Assembly: GCA_002869265.1 (NCBI GenBank)
Contig: PKTH01000003.1
Location: 8,190 to 72,189 of the forward strand
Reading direction: 5' to 3'
DNA from: Candidatus Parcubacteria bacterium
Lineage (GTDB): Bacteria; Patescibacteriota; Patescibacteriia; Patescibacteriales; BM507
Length of the DNA: 64,000 bases
Below, piece by piece: positions 16,422 through 25,000 of the stretch; the first letter of the stretch is position 1, and each line of letters begins with the position of its first letter. The translations under genes and the position numbers were made by a program. Below the pieces are notes generated by a model. It saw only the letters and a program-made list of their open reading frames with translations. It made no database searches and had not been told where the DNA came from.

Positions 16422-17618
16422 ATGAATATTAAGAAATTACGAAAAGATTTTTACTTTTTACAGAAGAAAAATTATATATATTTTGATAATGCCTGTAACT
16501 CACTTAGGCCTGATTGCGTTGTAGAAAAAATAAATGAGTATTACAAAGAGTACCCAGTCTGTGCCGGTAGAAGCAATTACGCTTTAGCTGAAAAATTAAC
16601 CACTGATCTTTTGGGCGTGAGAAAAAACATTGCTAAATTTATTTCCGCAAAAGAAGATGAGATTATTTTCACTAAAAACACCACAGAATCAATTAATCTC
16701 CTGGCAAATTCCCTAGATCTTAAAGAAGGGGACATTGTCCTAACAACCGACAAAGAACACAACTCCAATCTTATCCCATGGATAAAGCTAAAAAGCAAGG
16801 GGGTTATTCACAAAACAATTAACTCAAACCCAGATAACACCTTTAATATTGAAAGACTATCCAAAGTTTTATGCCCAGAGGTAAAATTATTAGCTCTCGG
16901 AATGTCTTCTAATCTAGACGGGGTTAGTATCCCGGCTAAAGAGATTATTGATCTTGCACACAAAAACGGTTCTCTAGTCCTTCTGGATGCAGCTCAAAGT
17001 GCGATCTCTGAAAAAATTGATGTAAAATATTTAGATGTAGACTTTCTTGCATTTTCAGGGCACAAAATACTTGGTCCAAGTGGAACAGGGGTGTTATTTG
17101 GTAAAAAGGATCTTCTTGAAAAACTTGGTTCATTTTTAGTTGGTGGCTCTACTGTTCACAGCTCTAGTTATGATGATTTTGAATTAGCTGACATACCAGA
17201 AAGGTTCGAAGCTGGTCTTCAAAACTTTTCAGGGATTCTTGGCTTAGGAGAAGCTATAAAATATTTAGAAAAAATTGGTTTAAAAAATATTCAAAAACAA
17301 AAACTAGTTTTGAATGAATATTTAAGTAATGAGTTATTAAAAATAGACAAACTACACATTATTGGTCCCGAAGAAGCATCGAGGCGTTCAGGGATAGTTT
17401 CTTTCTATATTGACGATATAGATTCTCATCAGCTATCTATTATGTTAGACAGAAGTGCTGGAATAATGACCAGGTCTGGTCAACACTGCGTGCATTCTTG
17501 GTTTAAAAGCAGAGAAGTGGCGTCATCACTGCGTGTTTCAATGTCATTCTACAACACACTTGATGAAGTAAAAAAGTTTGTTGATGAATTAAATAATATA
17601 ATTAAAATTTTAAGATAA
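16422..17618 (+). CDS. Class V aminotransferase / cysteine desulfurase (SufS/CsdA-like)
   Basis: PLP lysine in FSGHKILGP; catalytic Cys in TRSGQHCV. Confidence 0.85.
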   Translation: MNIKKLRKDFYFLQKKNYIYFDNACNSLRPDCVVEKINEYYKEYPVCAGRSNYALAEKLTTDLLGVRKNIAKFISAKEDEIIFTKNTTESINLLANSLDLKEGDIVLTTDKEHNSNLIPWIKLKSKGVIHKTINSNPDNTFNIERLSKVLCPEVKLLALGMSSNLDGVSIPAKEIIDLAHKNGSLVLLDAAQSAISEKIDVKYLDVDFLAFSGHKILGPSGTGVLFGKKDLLEKLGSFLVGGSTVHSSSYDDFELADIPERFEAGLQNFSGILGLGEAIKYLEKIGLKNIQKQKLVLNEYLSNELLKIDKLHIIGPEEASRRSGIVSFYIDDIDSHQLSIMLDRSAGIMTRSGQHCVHSWFKSREVASSLRVSMSFYNTLDEVKKFVDELNNIIKILR

Positions 17619-17619
17619 T

Positions 17620-18537
17620 ATGTTCTGTTTTATTGCGTTATTGGTTTTTTCAGTGCTCGGAATATTTTCGGCCACCCATAGGAAATTTGCCAAAGAGGCT
17701 TTTGACTGTGTGTTTAGAAGAATTACTTTTAGACCATGCAATACTGGTTTTAGAGAAAAAGTTAGAGGAATTATTCTTGTTAAATTAATGAAGCGTTCAT
17801 CATTTTTTGCTAAAGTATTTAATAAATATTTTGAACTAATAGCCTGGATCTTTTTTGTTTTGATGATTGTCAGCACCTTCTATGTCGGCAGGGGAGCCTA
17901 TAATTTTTATCTCTATGGAAATTGCAATGGGGTAAATGAAGAAGGTTTCTGTCTTTTTGACCCGACGGGAGAGAATAATAAAATCTCTCCAGTGGCCCCT
18001 ACTTGTGGTCTAGACACACCGACCGTTGATGACCTAAGTTTGGCTAATACAGATTTAGATAAATTTTTCTTTATAGATAACAATTCTGAAGATACAGTTG
18101 TGTTTATTGGTTGTTATGTATGTGACTTTACTAGAAAAGCTTTCCCTGATATAGAAAAGCTTCTTGAAAAGAAAAAACCAAACTTTTATTTTGGCCACCT
18201 CCCGGTTAAGCATGGCTCAGATTTTATTTCTAGCTATGATTACTGTGCTCGAGAAGATACTAGTGGTGATTACTGGAAATTTGTCGAGCTAATGTTTACC
18301 TCAGATATAGAAAATATTAACGACCAAAACTATCTTCAAGAAGTTGTCGATAAAGCAGGTTATGATAAATCAAAAATAGATGAGTGCTTGGCAGACCCAG
18401 AGACATTAGCCTCAATAGAACAGAATATATTCAACATCGGAAATACAAATATTTATGGAACCCCACTTGTTTTTGTAAACAATAAAGCAATTGTCGGACC
18501 AAAGCCATATCGAGTTTATAAAGGATTTTTAAAATAA
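17620..18537 (+). CDS. Membrane-anchored DsbA-like thiol:disulfide oxidoreductase
   Basis: Two N-terminal TM helices with extra Cys pairs. Thioredoxin-fold CYVC motif; C-terminal GTPLVFVNNK. Confidence 0.6.
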   Translation: MFCFIALLVFSVLGIFSATHRKFAKEAFDCVFRRITFRPCNTGFREKVRGIILVKLMKRSSFFAKVFNKYFELIAWIFFVLMIVSTFYVGRGAYNFYLYGNCNGVNEEGFCLFDPTGENNKISPVAPTCGLDTPTVDDLSLANTDLDKFFFIDNNSEDTVVFIGCYVCDFTRKAFPDIEKLLEKKKPNFYFGHLPVKHGSDFISSYDYCAREDTSGDYWKFVELMFTSDIENINDQNYLQEVVDKAGYDKSKIDECLADPETLASIEQNIFNIGNTNIYGTPLVFVNNKAIVGPKPYRVYKGFLK

Positions 18538-19742
18538 TGAAAAAAATAATTTTTTTTACAGCTTTTCTTCTAATTTTTCCCCTCTATTCTGCGTCTGCTA
18601 GTCTAGGGGGTTCTTTATCAGGAAAGATACTTCTGGATGTCGAAAGAAACGGTGAGGCTTGGTATGTTTACCCTAAAGACAAAAAACGCTATTATCTTGG
18701 CAGACCAAAAGATGCCTTTTCTCTTATGCGGGAATTAGGTCTTGGTATAACTGAGGTAGATTTTCAAAAAATTGCTCATGAAAATAGCCCAGCAGATGGA
18801 GACCTGCAACTTGCAAAAAGGCTTGCCGGGCAAATAATTATTCAGGTTGAAGAGAATGGAGAGGCCTGGTATATAAACCCTGACGATCTCAAAAAATATT
18901 ATTTAGGCAGACCCGATGATGCATTTTCCGTTATGAGAAGGCTGGGTCTTGGTATTAGCCGAGAAAACTTAGCCAAAATCCACAAACCAGGACTAGAAGA
19001 GTCTATTAATAGTTTTAGCCGATATGCACACGAAAGAGTTTTAACTTCAGATGGAACTTTCTCGGTTGATTACGTTGAAATTGACCTTGACTCAAAAGAT
19101 ATAGAAATTATTACCGACACAACACAAAGTGTAGACTGTGATAATAATTGCCAAGCACAAACTTTAGCCTCCTTTGCCTTTGAGAATAACGCCTTTGCAG
19201 CTATAAACGGTTCATATTTTTGTTCTTCTTCAGGTTGCTCACAAAATTATTATTTCTCCCCAGTCTACAATTCAGAAGAAAAAGTCTTAATAAACGCCGA
19301 CCAACTAAAATACTGGACAACGGGCCCAGTTATTGCCTTTGATCACGACAATAAATATTATTATTTTAAAGACTCTAGAGAATTCGAAGGGGTTTCAAAC
19401 TTCAAAAGTACTTACAATAAAGAATTACAAGCAGCCATTAGTAATAAACCAAGACTAATTGAGGAAGGAAAAAATATTCTAATAGAATGGGATATCGACG
19501 AAAAGCAAAGAAATGTAAAAGCTACGAGAAATGCTCTGGCTTTTAAGGAAAATAAAATGTTCTTAATTGTCACTTACAATTCAACCATCTTGAATTTAGC
19601 CAATGTTTTAAAAGCTATGCAAATGGACTACGCGCTAAATCTAGATGGAGGGTATTCAGCTGCTCTTTACTATAACGATGAGTATATGGTTGGCCCAGGA
19701 AGAGATATACCAAACGCACTTTTAATAAGAGAAAGACAATAA
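18537..19742 (+). CDS. Secreted protein: the same two-repeat N-terminal module as 2291..3313, plus a phosphodiester glycosidase (DUF2233/NAGPA-like) domain
   Basis: Signal peptide. Repeats GKILLDVERNGEAWYVYP..YYLGRPKDAF and GQIIIQVEENGEAWYINP..YYLGRPDDAF. C-terminal ALNLDGGYSAALYY. Confidence 0.6.
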   Translation: MKKIIFFTAFLLIFPLYSASASLGGSLSGKILLDVERNGEAWYVYPKDKKRYYLGRPKDAFSLMRELGLGITEVDFQKIAHENSPADGDLQLAKRLAGQIIIQVEENGEAWYINPDDLKKYYLGRPDDAFSVMRRLGLGISRENLAKIHKPGLEESINSFSRYAHERVLTSDGTFSVDYVEIDLDSKDIEIITDTTQSVDCDNNCQAQTLASFAFENNAFAAINGSYFCSSSGCSQNYYFSPVYNSEEKVLINADQLKYWTTGPVIAFDHDNKYYYFKDSREFEGVSNFKSTYNKELQAAISNKPRLIEEGKNILIEWDIDEKQRNVKATRNALAFKENKMFLIVTYNSTILNLANVLKAMQMDYALNLDGGYSAALYYNDEYMVGPGRDIPNALLIRERQ

Positions 19743-19744
19743 TT

Positions 19745-20017
19745 ATGTTTAAAAAAGAAAAGAAAAGCTTAGAAGAAAAAGGCGAAACATATTTAAAAGT
19801 AAAAGCAAACCCCAATTCAGGCAAAACAGAAGTTGCTGGTATTTTAGATGACGATACTATAAAAATTAATATCAAAGCGGTCCCTGAAAAAGGAAAAGCC
19901 AATAAAGAACTAATAAAATTTCTCGCCAAAGAGTTTTCAATTTCAAAGGATAATGTTAATATTATCAGTGGAGGTTTTGATAGAGTAAAATTGATAAAAT
20001 TAACTAAAAATAGCTAA
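19745..20017 (+). CDS. DUF167 / YggU family protein
   Basis: VKANPNSGKTEV..IKAVPEKGKANKELIKFLAKEF pattern. Confidence 0.75.
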   Translation: MFKKEKKSLEEKGETYLKVKANPNSGKTEVAGILDDDTIKINIKAVPEKGKANKELIKFLAKEFSISKDNVNIISGGFDRVKLIKLTKNS

Positions 20018-20024
20018 AATAAAA

Positions 20025-20732
20025 ATGAAAAACGATAACAAAGTTGAAATAAAGGTTCCAAAACATATTGCTATCATTATGGATGGTAATAGGAGGTGGG
20101 CAAAAGAAAGAAACCTTCCAAGCATGGAGGGTCATCTAATGGGGTACGAAAAAGTTAAAAGCCTTACTGACTGGGCATTCGCTAGGGGAGTAGAGGTTGT
20201 TTCAGTTTATGCATTTTCGACAGAAAATTGGAATAGAAGCCAAGAAGAAGTTAACTATCTAATGAAGCTACTTGAAAAAGCCATCAAGGAAGAAGTAGAA
20301 GTTGCAAAAGAGAAAAATTTTAAAATATTAATCTCAGGGAGAATTACAGAACTTCCTGGAGATTTACCTGATTCATGCCAGGATGCTATGAACGAAACCA
20401 AAGCCGGGATTAAAGGCACTCTAAATATTTGTCTAAACTACGGGGGGCGTGCCGAGATAATTGATGCAGTCAAAAAGATGATCCATAATAAGATTCAGAT
20501 CGATCAAGTTCATGAAGGCATGCTAAAAAAGTATTTATATAACTCAAACATCCCCGAACCAGATATAATAGTTAGAACCTCTGGGGAACAAAGACTCTCA
20601 GGTTTTCTTCTTTGGGCTAGCGCCTACTCAGAACTAATGTTTATGGAAAAATATTGGCCAGATTTTGAAGAAAACGATGTTGACAAGATTATCAATGAAT
20701 ATAATAATAGGGCAAGGAGATTTGGAGAATAA
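20025..20732 (+). CDS. uppS: Undecaprenyl diphosphate synthase
   Basis: HIAIIMDGNRRWA, FSTENWNR, RTSGEQRLSGFLLW. Confidence 0.93.
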   Translation: MKNDNKVEIKVPKHIAIIMDGNRRWAKERNLPSMEGHLMGYEKVKSLTDWAFARGVEVVSVYAFSTENWNRSQEEVNYLMKLLEKAIKEEVEVAKEKNFKILISGRITELPGDLPDSCQDAMNETKAGIKGTLNICLNYGGRAEIIDAVKKMIHNKIQIDQVHEGMLKKYLYNSNIPEPDIIVRTSGEQRLSGFLLWASAYSELMFMEKYWPDFEENDVDKIINEYNNRARRFGE

Positions 20733-20769
20733 TTTGATCTTTTAATATACTTTCACCAAGGAGAAAATC

Positions 20770-21021
20770 ATGTCTGAAAATCAAGGTTGCCTAGTAAACG
20801 CTCGGACACCATGGAACGGTCTTTCCCTTCTTGAAACTAAGAAGCTCCCTGTAGGGAAATACAACAAGAAAGACGATCAAAAACCAGTTTTCAGCCTAGC
20901 CATAAACCCAGTTGACCTGCAAATTCAGTCAATGAAAAATTTTAAAACAGGCCCAATTAGAAAAAAACGTCCAAATAGTTCTAAGAGAACATTTGAATTT
21001 CCTACCGTTCCAATAACCTAA
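20770..21021 (+). CDS. Hypothetical small protein
   Basis: AAGGAG SD 7 nt upstream. First gene of a two-ORF cassette ending in a strong terminator. Confidence 0.45.
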   Translation: MSENQGCLVNARTPWNGLSLLETKKLPVGKYNKKDDQKPVFSLAINPVDLQIQSMKNFKTGPIRKKRPNSSKRTFEFPTVPIT

Positions 21022-21030
21022 GGAGGCACC

Positions 21031-21222
21031 ATGACCCTGAAAGAAAGTTTTAAAGGCTTTAAAGGACCTACCATAAGTAAAGAACAAGCTGCTAAGCTTC
21101 AAGAAGTGATGACCGACCACGAACCACCTGTGCCCATGATCTTAAATCGACCTGTAGGGGAGTATGTCGAAGCGCTTGATGATTATTACTCGAAACACCC
21201 GAGTGAAGTCCGTCGTTTTTAA
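21031..21222 (+). CDS. Hypothetical small protein
   Basis: AAGGAGG SD 5 nt upstream; terminator directly downstream. Confidence 0.45.
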   Translation: MTLKESFKGFKGPTISKEQAAKLQEVMTDHEPPVPMILNRPVGEYVEALDDYYSKHPSEVRRF

Positions 21223-21227
21223 ACTCA

Positions 21228-21256
21228 ACCCCCGCGTAAAGTGGGGGTTTTTCTTT
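21228..21256 (+). terminator. Rho-independent terminator
   Basis: ACCCCCGC-GTAAA-GTGGGGGT followed by a T-run. Confidence 0.85.
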
Positions 21257-21271
21257 GCAATATTTCCTCTT

Positions 21272-21280
21272 TGTGATAAT
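21272..21280 (+). promoter_or_regulatory. Extended -10 TGTGATAAT placed 8 nt before the rarA ATG (leaderless predicted)
   Basis: Read directly; no SD. Confidence 0.45.
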
Positions 21281-21288
21281 ATTTTTTT

Positions 21289-22500
21289 ATGGAAAATAAC
21301 CCAAATTCCAACAAACCCTTAGCTGATAGAGCAAGGCCTAAAAGCCTTGATGCTTTTTTTGGTCAAGATGATATAGTGGGGGAGGGAAAACTGCTTAGAA
21401 AAGCAATTGAGGACGATAAATTACCTTCTATTATCCTTTGGGGGCCACCAGGGACAGGTAAAACAACTCTAGCTAAAATTATTACCAACAAAACTAATTC
21501 AGAATTTGTCCAATTGAGCGCTGTTACTTCAGGAGTAAAAGACCTAAGAGAGGTAATAAGAAAAGCGAAGGAGAATGAAATGTATGAGAAAAAAACTATT
21601 CTTTTTGTTGATGAGATTCATAGATGGAATAAGTCTCAACAGGATGCACTACTGCCTCACATTGAAGACGGGACTATCACTCTAATCGGTGCTACAACAG
21701 AAAACCCTAGTTTCGAAATAAGAAATGCTCTTCTTTCAAGATGTCGCGTTTTTACTCTAAAAGCACTCGACAAAAAAAGTCTTAAATCAATTATACAAAC
21801 AGTTCTCAAAGACAAGAATCTTGGTCTAGATAAAATTAAAATTAAGCCCGATAATATTCAGATACTAGCTGAAATGAGCAACGGGGATGCTAGAACATCA
21901 TTAAATATTTTAGAATATGCAGCTTCACTAAATTCAGAAATTTCAAAAGACACCCTAAAAGAAGCTTTTCAAATGGTCCAGTTACAGTATGATAAGAATG
22001 GTGAAGAACATTATAATATTATATCCGCTCTTCATAAATCAATGCGTGGTTCAGACCCCAATGCTGCCCTCTATTGGCTCGCTAGAATGCTTGAAGCTGG
22101 AGAGGACCCACTTTATATAGCTCGTCGCCTAGTTCGCTTTGCTTCTGAAGATATTGGATTAGCAAATTCCAGGGCCCTAGAGCAAGCGGTTTCTGCCTAC
22201 CAAGCTTGTCACTTTATTGGCATGCCAGAATGTAGTGTAATTCTAACTCAGGCTGTAATTTACATGGCTAAGTGTGAAAAATCTAATGAATTATATACTG
22301 CCTACAAAAGTGCTGCACGTGATGTAAAAGATTTTGGTAATCTTCCTGTTCCTATGCATATCAGAAATGCTCCAACCAAACTAATGAACGACCTTGGATA
22401 CGGTGCAGGTTATAAATACAGCCCCGATCACAATTATCAAGAAAAACAAACATATCTTCCAGATGAATTAATAAATAAGAAATACTTAAAAAGTAAATAA
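21289..22500 (+). CDS. rarA: Replication-associated recombination protein A (AAA+ ATPase)
   Basis: Walker A GPPGTGKTT, FVDEIHRWNK, C-terminal MgsA region YDKNGEEHYN..SALHKSMRGSD. Confidence 0.9.
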   Translation: MENNPNSNKPLADRARPKSLDAFFGQDDIVGEGKLLRKAIEDDKLPSIILWGPPGTGKTTLAKIITNKTNSEFVQLSAVTSGVKDLREVIRKAKENEMYEKKTILFVDEIHRWNKSQQDALLPHIEDGTITLIGATTENPSFEIRNALLSRCRVFTLKALDKKSLKSIIQTVLKDKNLGLDKIKIKPDNIQILAEMSNGDARTSLNILEYAASLNSEISKDTLKEAFQMVQLQYDKNGEEHYNIISALHKSMRGSDPNAALYWLARMLEAGEDPLYIARRLVRFASEDIGLANSRALEQAVSAYQACHFIGMPECSVILTQAVIYMAKCEKSNELYTAYKSAARDVKDFGNLPVPMHIRNAPTKLMNDLGYGAGYKYSPDHNYQEKQTYLPDELINKKYLKSK

Positions 22501-22505
22501 TCAAT

Positions 22506-23645
22506 ATGCCATTCAAAAAAAGATCGATTACTCTTCATAAAAAAGCAAAAGGAAAAATCGAAACAAAATTAAAAGTTCCACTAAAGACTAGTGATGACTT
22601 ATCTCTTGCCTATACCCCAGGAGTTGGAGCTGTTTGTATGGAAATTCATAAAAACATTAAAAATTCATGGGAAATGACCAATAGAGCAAACTTGGTAGCA
22701 ATTGTCTCTGATGGGACTGCCGTCTTAGGACTTGGAGATATCGGAGCAGAGGCAGGAATGCCTGTTATGGAAGGTAAATCTGCTATATTTAAAGAATTTG
22801 CCAATGTAGATTCAACCCCACTGTGTATCAATACAAAAGATCCAGATGAGATTATAAAATTCTGCAAACAGATAGAGCCAAGCTTCGGAGGTATAAATCT
22901 AGAGGACATTTCTGCTCCACGATGTTTTGATATTTTGGAAAAACTAGAAAAAGAATTATCGATTCCTGTTTTTCATGATGATCAGGACGGCACAGCTATA
23001 GTTACCTTGGCCGCTCTTATTAATTCTTGTCGTGTTTCAGGGAAAGTTCTAAAAGAACTGAGTATTGTCGTAAATGGTGCCGGAGCGGCCGGAATTTCTA
23101 TTACTAGGCTATTACTTTCTCAAGGAGTAAAGGACATTATTCTTCTAGATAGTAGGGGTGCTATATACAAAGGCCGAGCAAATTTAAACAAGTACAAAAA
23201 AGCAATTGCCGAAAAAACCAATAAAATGAAATACAAAGGAAATTTAGAAGGAGCCCTTCTGGGTGCAGATGTGTTTATCGGGGTATCCCAACCAAACTTA
23301 GTTTCTAAAAAAATGGTTAAAAATATGGCTGAAAATCCGTTTATTTTTGCTATGTCGAACCCTCACCCAGAGATTCTGCCTGCCGATGCTCAAGGTGCAG
23401 GTGCTTTTATAGTTGGAACTGGTAGATCAGATTTCCCTAATCAAATCAATAATGCCTTGGTATTCCCTGGTCTCTTTAGAGGGCTCCTTGATTCTAGGGC
23501 AAAAAAAGTAACTCAGAAAATGAAAATTTCAGCTGCTATTGCCCTAGCTTATACAGTAAAATCCCCAACAAAAGTGAAGATTTTACCTAAAGTTACTGAT
23601 AAAAAGGCAGTCATGGCAATTGCGGCCGCGATAGCCAAGAAATAG
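22506..23645 (+). CDS. NAD(P)-dependent malic enzyme (short form)
   Basis: LSLAYTPGVG, VSDGTAVLGLGDIG, FHDDQDGTA, NGAGAAG. Confidence 0.88.
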   Translation: MPFKKRSITLHKKAKGKIETKLKVPLKTSDDLSLAYTPGVGAVCMEIHKNIKNSWEMTNRANLVAIVSDGTAVLGLGDIGAEAGMPVMEGKSAIFKEFANVDSTPLCINTKDPDEIIKFCKQIEPSFGGINLEDISAPRCFDILEKLEKELSIPVFHDDQDGTAIVTLAALINSCRVSGKVLKELSIVVNGAGAAGISITRLLLSQGVKDIILLDSRGAIYKGRANLNKYKKAIAEKTNKMKYKGNLEGALLGADVFIGVSQPNLVSKKMVKNMAENPFIFAMSNPHPEILPADAQGAGAFIVGTGRSDFPNQINNALVFPGLFRGLLDSRAKKVTQKMKISAAIALAYTVKSPTKVKILPKVTDKKAVMAIAAAIAKK

Positions 23646-23673
23646 TTGACATTTATCTAGTTTTAGCTATAAT
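23646..23673 (+). promoter_or_regulatory. Consensus-like promoter of rplU
   Basis: TTGACA, 16-nt spacer, TATAAT. Followed at about +1 by the hairpin GCTTGA-GGAA-TTCAAGC and a T-rich tract (23681-23709). Confidence 0.6.
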
Positions 23674-23732
23674 ATATTTAGCTTGAGGAATTCAAGCGTC
23701 TTTTATTTTATAAATATTCAAATATTACTAAT

Positions 23733-24050
23733 ATGGCTGCAAAAATTGCTGTTATCAAAACTGGCGGAAAACAATACAAAGTTAAACAAGGTGATACTAT
23801 AAAAGTAGAAAAACTTGAAGCAAAAGAAGGGGATGTAGTGAAATTCGAAACTCTACTTATCTCAAGTGAAGATGGAAAAGATCTTGATCTTGGAAAACCA
23901 AGTCTTAAAACAAAAGTTGAAGGAAAAGTTTTAGAACAAGGAAAAGATAAGAAGGTTAACGTTGTAAAATACAAGAATAAAACTAGATATACCAGAAACC
24001 TGGGTCACAGACAAATGTTTACAACTGTAGAAATCTCAAAAATTTCGTAA
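23733..24050 (+). CDS. rplU: 50S ribosomal protein L21
   Basis: AVIKTGGKQYKVKQGDTIKVEKL. Confidence 0.93.
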   Translation: MAAKIAVIKTGGKQYKVKQGDTIKVEKLEAKEGDVVKFETLLISSEDGKDLDLGKPSLKTKVEGKVLEQGKDKKVNVVKYKNKTRYTRNLGHRQMFTTVEISKIS

Positions 24051-24065
24051 AAATTTTTCAAATAA

Positions 24066-24093
24066 AAAAGACGCCAATAATGGTGTCTTTTTT
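24066..24093. terminator. Bidirectional terminator (rplU / recR)
   Basis: AAAGACGCC-AATAAT-GGTGTCTTT flanked by A-run and T-run. Confidence 0.8.
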
Positions 24094-24102
24094 TGTACTC
24101 AA

Positions 24103-24705
24103 TTATTTTAATTTATTTCTGTATTTCAAAGCGTTAGAGATAGTTATATTGTCTGCATACTCTATATCTGACCCAGCAGGAAGACCGCGTGCAATTCTGC
24201 TTATATTTACTTTTGTTTCTGAAAGTATTTTCTGTAAATACATGGAAGTTGTTTCTCCTTCAATTGTTGGATTTAGAGCAATAATAACTTCTGATATTTT
24301 ATTTTGACTAATTCTGGATAGCAGATTCTTGATATTTAGCCTATCTGGACCAACATCGTTAATCTGGTCAATCAATCCACCAAGTATATGATACACCCCG
24401 GAAAACTCGTGGGTATCCTCGATAGTAATCATATCTCTAGTATTTGCGACTATGCAAAGAACTGAGTAATTTCTGCTTTTATCAGAACAAATATCGCAAA
24501 TATCTTTTTCGGCTACAGCGCCACAACTTTTACAAATTTTTATATCACTTTTAAGCTTAGCAATGGCTTCAGAAAATTCGCCTAGATATTCTTTATTTTG
24601 TTTAAGCAGATAAAAAACATATCGTTCAGCCGTTCTGGGCCCAACTGTTGGAAGTTTTGAAAATTGTTCGACAAGTTTTTTTATCGACTTTGGATAATGC
24701 ATCAA
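24103..24705 (-). CDS. recR: Recombination protein RecR
   Basis: LPTVGPRTAERYVFYLL; C4 zinc finger CKSCG..CDICSD; Toprim region. Confidence 0.93.
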   Translation of the reverse strand: MMHYPKSIKKLVEQFSKLPTVGPRTAERYVFYLLKQNKEYLGEFSEAIAKLKSDIKICKSCGAVAEKDICDICSDKSRNYSVLCIVANTRDMITIEDTHEFSGVYHILGGLIDQINDVGPDRLNIKNLLSRISQNKISEVIIALNPTIEGETTSMYLQKILSETKVNISRIARGLPAGSDIEYADNITISNALKYRNKLK

Positions 24706-24707
24706 TA

Positions 24708-24986
24708 CTACATTCCAAGACCAGAAAGACCTCCCATTTCTTGCATTTTTGTGGCCATTAATTTTTGGACCTTCTTAACGCAATCATTTACTGTCTCCTT
24801 CATATATCTTGAAATCTCTTCATTGTTTAATGATTCAGGAATGTTAAGTTCCGTAATTTCCATGTTTCCATTCATGGTAATTTTTATTCCTTTTTTTTCT
24901 AAAGTTATAGACTCATCAGCCAAAGCGTTTTGCATTGTTTTAGCTTGATCTCTTAAGTCTTTAAATTGTTTTAGTTTGTTGAACAT
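24708..24986 (-). CDS. ybaB: YbaB/EbfC nucleoid-associated protein
   Basis: 92 aa, upstream of recR, typical MQNAL.. pattern. Confidence 0.85.
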   Translation of the reverse strand: MFNKLKQFKDLRDQAKTMQNALADESITLEKKGIKITMNGNMEITELNIPESLNNEEISRYMKETVNDCVKKVQKLMATKMQEMGGLSGLGM

Positions 24987-25000
24987 ATATTTTTTTAATT

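Noticed and set aside
24080-24307. 75-aa plus-strand ORF downstream of rplU.
   Set aside because: It begins inside the rplU/recR terminator and lies antisense to the well-supported recR gene.
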